Shown: positions 6,668 through 13,226 of the stretch, one piece after another
Layout of the letters: every line of letters begins with the position of its first letter
How positions within the stretch are numbered: position 1 is the stretch's first letter
Program-made: the position numbers and the translations under genes
NCBI GenBank assembly: GCA_043820925.1
Contig: JBDRDL010000027.1
Span: forward strand, 1 to 13,226
Length of the DNA: 13,226 nt
Direction: 5' to 3'
From: Methanobacteriota archaeon
Lineage (GTDB): Archaea; Hydrothermarchaeota; Hydrothermarchaeia; Hydrothermarchaeales; JACRDW01
The notes under the pieces: generated by a model
What the model saw: only the letters and a program-made list of their open reading frames with translations
Databases searched by the model: none
What the model was told of the DNA's origin: nothing

Positions 6668-6686
6668 GTGGTGCACCCTTAAACCC

Positions 6687-7592
6687 ATGGAAATAATATT
6701 TCTGGGCACAACGGCGGCAGTTCCAAGCACTGCGAGAGGGCACAGCAGCATTGCACTGAAGTATCACGACGAGGTCATTCTCTGGGACTGCGGAGAAGGG
6801 ACGCAGAGGCAGCTGATTATTTCAAAAACCAGCTACATGAAGATTAAAAATATATTCATAACGCACTTTCACGGAGACCACTTCCTCGGCTTGCCAGGCT
6901 TGATTCAAACGCTCTCCTTCGCTGACAGAAGGGAAGACCTGCACATATATGCGCCGAAGGGAATAAAAGATTTAATCAAAAACATTCTGGAGCTGGGCGA
7001 ATATGGTTTAAAATATGACATAGTTGCACACTCTCTATCTAACAACTTTGAGCTGAAAGATGAAAAATATACTCTAAAAAGCATAAAAGTTGAGCATTCA
7101 ATACCGACGTACGGGTTGGTATTCGAGGAAGTCAAAGGAAGAGAGTTCCTGCTCGATAAGGCAAAAAAGCTCGGAATACCCCCGGGACCAATGTACTCGA
7201 AGCTTCAGAACGGAGAGAAAATAAAGCTCGGCGGCAGATGGATTTATCCAGACGATGTGCTGGGGGAAAGAAAGAAAGGCTTCAAAGTTGTTTATTCGTC
7301 AGATACCAGACCTTGCAATGCAGTTATTGAGAATTGCAAGGATGCGGTGCTGATTCACGACGGAACCTTCGATGACTCTTTGAGAAACAATGCAGTAGAA
7401 ACCATGCACTCTACGTGCATTGAAGCAGCGCAGGTAGCGAAAGAAGGTGGAGCAAAAGAATTGTATCTGACGCACATAAGCCCCCGGTATAAAACAGACG
7501 AGCTCCTCCTGAAAGAATCCAGAAAAATCTTCAAGAGCACCATGGTTGCGAGGGATTTTCAGAGGGTTGAATTACAGTATAAGCTCCTCTAA
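6687..7592 (+). CDS. rnz: Ribonuclease Z (tRNA 3' processing)
   Basis: 'IFLGT.AAVP...R', 'DCGEGTQRQL', 'ITHFHGDHFLGLPGL', exosite 'GIPPGP', 'DTRP', 'LTHISPRY'. Start set at MEIIFLG. Confidence 0.97.
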   Translation: MEIIFLGTTAAVPSTARGHSSIALKYHDEVILWDCGEGTQRQLIISKTSYMKIKNIFITHFHGDHFLGLPGLIQTLSFADRREDLHIYAPKGIKDLIKNILELGEYGLKYDIVAHSLSNNFELKDEKYTLKSIKVEHSIPTYGLVFEEVKGREFLLDKAKKLGIPPGPMYSKLQNGEKIKLGGRWIYPDDVLGERKKGFKVVYSSDTRPCNAVIENCKDAVLIHDGTFDDSLRNNAVETMHSTCIEAAQVAKEGGAKELYLTHISPRYKTDELLLKESRKIFKSTMVARDFQRVELQYKLL

Positions 7593-8348
7593 TTTCTCCT
7601 TGCTTCTGAAGGCTTCCTCTTCTCCCAGAGCTTCGATGATGAAAAAACTTTTGTAGCTTATTTTCCTCAAGCGGCGCAGGACTTTTTTAAAATCTATGTT
7701 TCCTTTTCCAATTTCTGCATGCGTGTCATCGCTGCCGCTGTTGTCGTGCAGGTGCACGTGGCACAGCGAATGCTTCAGTGCCTCGATGAATTTCTCAATT
7801 TTGCCGCAGGTATTTGCGTGCCCGACGTCTAGAGTAAAAGCTAATTGACCTCCAAAATGCTGCAGAACTTCCTGAATTTCCTCGAGCTTGCAGCAGAATG
7901 CTCCAGTGAAGTTTGGAGTATTCTCGAGGGAAACCTTAACCCCGTGCTGCGAGGCGAATTCCAATATTCTTCCGATACTCTGCAGGTTTACTTCCCATGC
8001 TCTCTCCCTGAAAAACGTGCCGAGAGGAGAAAGTCTGCCTGGATGAATGTTTATCAGCTCAGCCTCCAGAAAATCCGCAAGCTCTATTGATTTAAAGATT
8101 TGCGAGAGCGATGCCTCTCTTATTCCCTCGTTCAGACTTGCGATATTCAAATCTGAAAATGGGGCGTGAACGACGAAGTTTAAATCGTAAGATTCGGCAA
8201 GTTCTTTAACTTTAGAATAATCTTTCTTAAGATGCTTTTCCTCAGGTATTATTTCCCATATCTCGAAGCCCAGTTCTCCAACTCTTCTCACCGTATCTTC
8301 TGCGCTGTAGCGGAGAAATGCAAGAGAAGAAACTCCGATTTTATTCAA
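7572..8348 (-). CDS. Sugar phosphate isomerase/epimerase, AP endonuclease family 2 TIM barrel
   Basis: 'VHAPFSDLNIAS', 'IHPG', 'LEN', 'TLDVGHA', 'HVHLHDN.G..D.H...G.G.IDF'. Confidence 0.9.
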   Translation of the reverse strand: MNKIGVSSLAFLRYSAEDTVRRVGELGFEIWEIIPEEKHLKKDYSKVKELAESYDLNFVVHAPFSDLNIASLNEGIREASLSQIFKSIELADFLEAELINIHPGRLSPLGTFFRERAWEVNLQSIGRILEFASQHGVKVSLENTPNFTGAFCCKLEEIQEVLQHFGGQLAFTLDVGHANTCGKIEKFIEALKHSLCHVHLHDNSGSDDTHAEIGKGNIDFKKVLRRLRKISYKSFFIIEALGEEEAFRSKEKLEELIL

Positions 8349-8739
8349 TTTCTTTACCCCCTATCGTTTTTGGCGAAAGCCAGTCGACCAGCTTCTCAAT
8401 CTCCTCATCGTAAATCTCGACCTCTATCGAGCCGAGTAGAGTGGATTCAGAAAAGCTTATTACACCTGCATACGCTGCCTGCTTATTTAAGCTGAAAGAT
8501 GTTTTGCTGCCCTCGATTTTGCCGAGCAGAACGCTCCTTGCAGAATCCAAAATGCTCTGACTTCGAAGCAGAGTATAAAATCTCTTCAGACTTTCCCTGC
8601 CCTCACCCATAGCGACTAGATATTTTACGCTCTCGCCTTCCTCCTCCCTAATCGCTGCCTCAAACAAATTTCTTATCGCGGCTTTAACTTTATCTAGATT
8701 TTCAGTCAGATATACCTCTGCTCTGACAAATAATTTCAT
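8341..8739 (-). CDS. UPF0201 (DUF54) archaeal putative RNA-binding protein
   Basis: 'V..TE..DKVKAAI.NLF', 'LR.Q.ILD.AR', 'LNKQAA..G.ISF', 'DWL.P.T..G'. Confidence 0.9.
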   Translation of the reverse strand: MKLFVRAEVYLTENLDKVKAAIRNLFEAAIREEEGESVKYLVAMGEGRESLKRFYTLLRSQSILDSARSVLLGKIEGSKTSFSLNKQAAYAGVISFSESTLLGSIEVEIYDEEIEKLVDWLSPKTIGGKEIE

Positions 8740-8785
8740 AATTAAATATAAAAAGATAGAGGTTTATATCTTTTCAGGTGAAAAA

Positions 8786-9982
8786 ATGCCTCCCTTCGAC
8801 CCAGGACAAGTGCTGTGGATGATTATGTTTTTCGCATTCATCCTCATTTATCCAAAGTACATGCTCTACAAAATGATTTCAGACATGGAGGCGGTAGCCA
8901 GGACTCTCGAGGCATATACGAGAGATGCGGTCGAGATAATCGTAAAAACTTCAAAGGAGAAGGGAAAACCAGAAATAGAGCCAAAGAAAACCATTGAGAA
9001 TGCCTTCGAATTCTTTCTAATACCGCCGGTAGATTTAGACCCCTACGGGATTTTGAAAAAAATCGAGCACATAATAGACAAAACAGAGGACAGATTAGAG
9101 GAAATTGCAGGAAAAATCGCACCGCAGAGCGACCCTGTCTGGAGGGCAAATACGATTTCGCTGGTGAAGGCAGGTATAGGATTAAACAACATCGCAAAAA
9201 TTGTGCGCCACTACGTCGAGTTCGTCAAGAAGACAGGCAACTTGCAAATTGCGATGATTGTGCAGATGAGCCTGCCCCTTATTAAAAGAATAGCAAAGGC
9301 ACAGATGAAAGGCGTGGAAACCATAGCACAGGGGAAACCCATAGGCGACTGCATAGGTCCCCTCGTTGCTGCAAATTTAATGAAGACAGAAGAGCACTAC
9401 GAAGTCGCCAGAGATATAATCTGCCACGAAACGGAAATCTCTGACAGAGAGATTTTCATACTGAAGGCAAACGGACCTGGGGCAAATCTCGGAAAATTTG
9501 GCGATGGAGTAAAGAAGCTGTGCGAAGAAAACAAAATCTCGAAAATTATTACGGTAGATGCAAGCCTGAAGCTCGAAGGCGAGAAAACAGGAAAAGTCGC
9601 AGAAGGTATAGGTGCAGCGATAGGCGACCCCGGTCCGGAGAAGGCGAAAATGGAGGAGGCAGCGCTGAAGAATAACATTCCTTTAGAAGCCTATGCAATA
9701 AAAATGAGCATAGAGGAAGCAATTGCACCGATGACAAAAGAAATCGGCGAGTCCGTGAAAAGCGCTCTGGAACTGCTAAACGAGAGCGTGGAGAGAGTGC
9801 CGAAAGGAAGCAAAATAATAATAGTGGGCGTCGGCAACGCCTGCGGAATTGGAAACTCGCTGCAATCGGTGAAAGATTTGCAGCTGCCTGAAAAAGAGGA
9901 AGAGGAAAAGGAAGAAACTCTTGCAGATAAAATAATAAAAACATTAGTCAAGCCGCCCGAGAAGCCGAAAGAGAAGAAGTAA
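8786..9982 (+). CDS. DUF1512 family protein
   Basis: N-terminal TM segment, 'F.IPPVDLDP.GI', 'KIVRHY', 'PIGD.IGPLVA', 'GPG.NLG', 'ITVDA.LKLEGE.TG.VAEG.GAAIG.PG.EK', 'GVGN..GIG'. Confidence 0.88.
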   Translation: MPPFDPGQVLWMIMFFAFILIYPKYMLYKMISDMEAVARTLEAYTRDAVEIIVKTSKEKGKPEIEPKKTIENAFEFFLIPPVDLDPYGILKKIEHIIDKTEDRLEEIAGKIAPQSDPVWRANTISLVKAGIGLNNIAKIVRHYVEFVKKTGNLQIAMIVQMSLPLIKRIAKAQMKGVETIAQGKPIGDCIGPLVAANLMKTEEHYEVARDIICHETEISDREIFILKANGPGANLGKFGDGVKKLCEENKISKIITVDASLKLEGEKTGKVAEGIGAAIGDPGPEKAKMEEAALKNNIPLEAYAIKMSIEEAIAPMTKEIGESVKSALELLNESVERVPKGSKIIIVGVGNACGIGNSLQSVKDLQLPEKEEEEKEETLADKIIKTLVKPPEKPKEKK

Positions 9983-9984
9983 AT

Positions 9985-10000
9985 ACTACACTAGTCCTAT
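9985..10000 (+). repeat. 16-bp direct repeat, left copy (actacactagtcctat)
   Basis: Identical to 10511-10526. Starts 2 bp after the DUF1512 stop codon. Confidence 0.95.
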
Positions 10001-10004
10001 TTGA

Positions 10005-10163
10005 ACCTTTCCCACAGAAGAGGTCAAAGAAACTATCATTAAAGGGATGAAGATTGGTCCTGACTCTAGAGGAAATATGCATGCTAGGATGGGGCAGCTG
10101 GAAGTGGTATTCAAAAAAAGAAACAATAAAATAGTCGTGATAACAGTCTTTGAAATAAGGTGA
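10005..10163 (+). pseudogene. 5'-truncated DUF4258-like (RelE-fold) toxin
   Basis: Open frame TFPTEEVKETIIKGMKIGPDSRGNMHARMGQLEVVFKKRNNKIVVITVFEIR* with the 'VITV' C-terminal motif. In-frame stop at 10002 and no N-terminal 'HA..RM..R' segment. Sits directly upstream of a YgiT-type gene. Confidence 0.7.
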
Positions 10164-10166
10164 GGA

Positions 10167-10503
10167 ATGATGTTGGAAAGGTGCGTGATGTGCGATGGAA
10201 AGTTGAAAAAGAAAGAGGTAGAATACGTCCTCTCTGATGTAGACTTGGGAAAATTCCCGGCTTGGGTCTGTCAGTGCGGTGAACAATACTTCGACGAAGA
10301 GACCGCTAATTCGATGACGGAGGCAGCAAAGAGAAGAGGAGTCTTTGGTCTGGCGAAGAAGACGAAGGTGGGTTACACAGGCAAATCCCTAATGGTCAGA
10401 ATACCGAAGGAGATAGTGGAATTCCTCGGGTTGAAGAAGGGGGGGGGAGGTGAAAATAACCCCTGAGAGCAAGAAGAAGATTGCAGTGGAAATCTTGGAC
10501 TAG
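10167..10503 (+). pseudogene. YgiT/MqsA-type zinc finger + AbrB/MazE DNA-binding antitoxin, frameshifted at a G9 tract
   Basis: CVMC...CQCGE zinc ribbon and 'G.SLMVRIPKEI...LGLKKG'. Removing one G from 10439-10447 gives ...KKGGEVKITPESKKKIAVEILD*, ending at 10503 and completing the AbrB fold. Confidence 0.85.
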
Positions 10504-10510
10504 AATTTTA

Positions 10511-10526
10511 ACTACACTAGTCCTAT
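10511..10526 (+). repeat. 16-bp direct repeat, right copy (actacactagtcctat)
   Basis: Identical to 9985-10000. Ends 8 bp before the rtcB stop codon. Confidence 0.95.
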
Positions 10527-10534
10527 AGATGTTT

Positions 10535-11974
10535 TTACCCTTTCGCAACCCCCATCGGCACAAATCTTGCAATCGGCTTAGAAATTCCTGCCCCGTGTGC
10601 GCTCTTTACAACTTCTCCTACATCCTTGTATGCCTCGTGCGCTTCCTCTGCAAGCACGGGCTTGCTCGCCGCCTTTACATATATTCCCCTGCCTGCAAGT
10701 TCCTTTAGAATTTTGTCCCCCCAGAACTGCCTTTTTGCAGCTGCCCTGCTCATCTTTCTTCCTGCGCCGTGGCAGGTCGAGCCGAAGGTTTCTGCCATCG
10801 CTCTCTCAGTTCCTGCGAGCAGGTAGCTCTCGGAGCCCATATCTCCAGGAATTAGCACAGGCTGACCGTAATCTCTGTACTTCTCGGGAATATGCTCGCT
10901 CCCGGGTCCGAAGGCTCTCGTTGCTCCTTTCCTGTGCACGTAGCACTCTCTCAAGGCACCGTCAACACTGTGCTTTTCAAATTTTGCGATATTGTGCGCA
11001 ACCTCATAGATTGTTGACATGCCCATGTCCTCTGCCTTCCTGCCCAAAACTTTTTCGAAGGATTCTCTCGTCCAGTGCGCTATGGCTTGACGATTTGCAA
11101 AGCCGTAGTTTACTCCACAGCACATCGCAGCATAGTAGTCCTGCGCTTCCTTAGAGTTTGCAGGCGCACAGGCTAACTGCCTGTCAGGTAATTCGATTTT
11201 ATACTTTTTGGATGCAGCCTCCATGACTTTCAGGTAGTCAGAGCAGATTTGATGTCCGCAGCCTCTGGAGCCCGAGTGAATCATCACAGTTACCTGACCT
11301 ACTCCATTTATTCCAAACGCCTTTGCAATTCTCCCGTCGTATATCTCCTTAACCTCTTGGATTTCTAAAAAGTGATTGCCTGAACCTAATGTTCCGAGCT
11401 GGGGCTCTCCTCTCTTCTTCGCAAAATCGCTGACCTTGGCAGCATCCGCTTCCTCCATGCAGCCGTTCTCTTCTATATTCTCCAAATCCTCAGTCCAGCC
11501 GTAGCCTTTCTCAACTGCCCATTTTGCGCCGTTTTCTAAGACTCCATCAAGCCCTCCCCTGCTCATGCGTATTTTCCCCTTCATGCCCACCCCAGAAGGA
11601 ACGTTTTCAAAAATGTGATTAATTAGTTCTGAGAGCTTCGGCTTTATTTCTTCTACTTTTAAGTCAGTCCTCAAAAGCCTTACCCCGCAGTTAATGTCAA
11701 AGCCCACTCCGCCTGGAGAAATTACTCCTTCGTTTGCATCGAATGCGGCAACGCCGCCGATTGGAAAGCCGTAGCCGAAGTGAATGTCTGGCATAGCTAT
11801 TGAATATTTTATTATCCCCGGCAAACATGCGACGTTGGCGCACTGCTCGAATGCGCCCTCCTCAACCCCTGACAGAAGCTTCTCGTTTATGTATATTCTT
11901 CCAGGCACTCGCATGCATTCCTTAAATTCCTTCGGAATTTCCCAGAGATAGTCTGAAATTTTTTTCAGCTTCAT
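10535..11974 (-). CDS. rtcB: tRNA-splicing ligase RtcB
   Basis: '[13 protein letters not shown]', 'GFDINCG', 'LGSGNHF', 'HSGSRG', 'HRKGATR', 'STCHGAGR'. 479 aa, no intein. Confidence 0.98.
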   Translation of the reverse strand: MKLKKISDYLWEIPKEFKECMRVPGRIYINEKLLSGVEEGAFEQCANVACLPGIIKYSIAMPDIHFGYGFPIGGVAAFDANEGVISPGGVGFDINCGVRLLRTDLKVEEIKPKLSELINHIFENVPSGVGMKGKIRMSRGGLDGVLENGAKWAVEKGYGWTEDLENIEENGCMEEADAAKVSDFAKKRGEPQLGTLGSGNHFLEIQEVKEIYDGRIAKAFGINGVGQVTVMIHSGSRGCGHQICSDYLKVMEAASKKYKIELPDRQLACAPANSKEAQDYYAAMCCGVNYGFANRQAIAHWTRESFEKVLGRKAEDMGMSTIYEVAHNIAKFEKHSVDGALRECYVHRKGATRAFGPGSEHIPEKYRDYGQPVLIPGDMGSESYLLAGTERAMAETFGSTCHGAGRKMSRAAAKRQFWGDKILKELAGRGIYVKAASKPVLAEEAHEAYKDVGEVVKSAHGAGISKPIARFVPMGVAKG

Positions 11975-12001
11975 AGTTGCCCTCTTCCTATCGGAATCTT
12001 C

Positions 12002-12424
12002 TTAAACGTCAAGTATAAACCTTGCCCTCCATACCTTGTCCTTCTTTATCTCCATCATGTGATAAGTTATTGCTTTTACTTCAGTCACAATCTCGTGCTC
12101 TTCTCTCGTAGCTTCTCCACATGCAGAGCCTTTGAGCGTAAGCCGGGTTTCGTCTATTGCGACCTTGAACTTACTGAACATCATCCCGTGTATATCTCTA
12201 AGCCCAAGCAGCGCAGTAAGCCACTCCCTGAGCATGCTTTCCAAATCCTCGCCCTTAACTGCAATCTTCTTTTCTTTTTTGCATTTAACCTTCGCTGTAT
12301 TGCACATCGCACTAAACATTGCCAAGGCTGCGTTTTCGAATAACTCGTTTAGGCTCCCGCCGTAGGCATATATTCCAACATCTGCAGTAACTTCAAAATA
12401 CTCAAATGGGGGGAGGGTGCTCAT
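12002..12424 (-). CDS. Archease (RtcB cofactor)
   Basis: 'TADVG..AYG.SL.ELFENAA.AM', 'EVKAITYH', terminal 'LDV'. Immediately upstream of rtcB. Confidence 0.95.
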   Translation of the reverse strand: MSTLPPFEYFEVTADVGIYAYGGSLNELFENAALAMFSAMCNTAKVKCKKEKKIAVKGEDLESMLREWLTALLGLRDIHGMMFSKFKVAIDETRLTLKGSACGEATREEHEIVTEVKAITYHMMEIKKDKVWRARFILDV

Positions 12425-12520
12425 AAGACAATAAAAAAAGAGTAACGTCTTATGAGCATAATAAATTGCTCTTTTTGAAACCGCAAAATTTATTTATACT
12501 TCCACGTAGAAGATTTTGCT

Positions 12521-13226
12521 ATGCAAAATCTTCAGACGTGGAAAATCAGAGAGTCAAGGCTTGGCAGGAAGTTTGACAAAGAGACCGCAAGCTACGCTTC
12601 TTCTGTAGAATTTGATAAAAATATCATCGAATACGACCTGCTTGGAAGCGCTGCCCATGCAGTAATGCTGTGCGAGCAGGGAATAATCACAAGACAGGAA
12701 GCCTCTAAAATTCTGAAGCACCTAGAAAAGCTCCTCGAAGGAAACAAGCTCAAGTTCGACCCAAAGAGCGAAGATGTCCACATGCTCGTTGAGGAATATC
12801 TGATAAAGAAGCTCGGCGAGGTCGGGGGAAAGCTGCACACTGCCCGCTCAAGGAATGATCAAATAGCATGTGATTTGAGGATGTGGGTCAGGGAGAAGAT
12901 AAATGCCACAGCCTTGCAGATATGCAGTTTATGCAATATTCTGCTTGAGATAAGTTCGAGGCACACCGCCACAATTTTGCCTGGATATACTCATCTCCAG
13001 CATGCGCAGCCGACGACGCTTGCCCATCATCTACTGGCGCACTGCGATGCGCTTATGAGGGACCTCGGGCGCTTAGAGGACGCTCATAAAAGGATAAATC
13101 TCAACCCTCTCGGCTCCTGCGCTCTCGCAACCACAAGCTTCCCTATAAATAGAGACAGAACCTCGCAGCTCCTGGGATTTGAAGGATTGATAGAAAATTC
13201 CATTGATGCCGTAGCTTCGAGAGATT
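12521..13226 (+). CDS. argH: Argininosuccinate lyase (partial, runs off the window)
   Basis: Own translation: 'EDVHM.VE', 'GGKLHTARSRNDQ', 'LPGYTHLQHAQPTT', 'NPLGSCALA', 'ENSIDAVASRD'. TATA-like tttatttata near 12489-12498. Confidence 0.96.
   Translation, partial: MQNLQTWKIRESRLGRKFDKETASYASSVEFDKNIIEYDLLGSAAHAVMLCEQGIITRQEASKILKHLEKLLEGNKLKFDPKSEDVHMLVEEYLIKKLGEVGGKLHTARSRNDQIACDLRMWVREKINATALQICSLCNILLEISSRHTATILPGYTHLQHAQPTTLAHHLLAHCDALMRDLGRLEDAHKRINLNPLGSCALATTSFPINRDRTSQLLGFEGLIENSIDAVASRD

Noticed and set aside
6632..6751. Extended N-termini of the HD hydrolase (6751) and rnz (6666)
   Set aside because: They would overlap head to head and cover the shared TATA-like element. Family similarity starts at 6631 and 6687.
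7572..7592. 21-bp convergent overlap between rnz and the TIM-barrel gene
   Set aside because: Ordinary in compact archaeal genomes.
12407..12413. G7 tract in archease as a phase-variable site
   Set aside because: The gene is in frame (encodes L-P-P-F) and is conserved housekeeping.
662..12840. Antisense or alternate-frame track ORFs (e.g. 662-907, 2694-3209, 4733-5038, 9549-9944, 10597-11154, 12592-12840)
   Set aside because: Mostly shadow frames of well-supported genes, with no recognisable motifs.

Overview
Archaeal chromosomal window; the archaeal assignment is inferred from UPF0201, DUF1512, archease-rtcB, archaeal-type RNase Z and TATA-like promoters. The right half (6098-13226) is housekeeping: HD hydrolase, rnz, TIM-barrel isomerase/AP-endonuclease-2 protein, UPF0201, DUF1512, rtcB, archease and partial argH. 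It is interrupted by a ~0.5 kb decayed DUF4258/YgiT-AbrB toxin-antitoxin cassette bounded by a perfect 16-bp direct repeat. The left half (1-6097) is an accessory, defence-like mosaic with no integrase or transposase. It holds a solo HEPN, a 5'-truncated Cas4/RecB-like nuclease, an AT-rich DUF262-HNH + JAB/JAMM gene pair, an antitoxin with a deleted RelE toxin, a second synonymously diverged copy of the nuclease 3' end, an RNase_H_2 exonuclease and a 3-TM PycTM-like protein. It also holds two unannotated divergent Cys-rich microproteins flanking a dense multi-hairpin element. The best novelty candidates are the DUF262-HNH/JAB pair and the hairpin element with its microproteins. All family calls come from motif recognition, not database searches.
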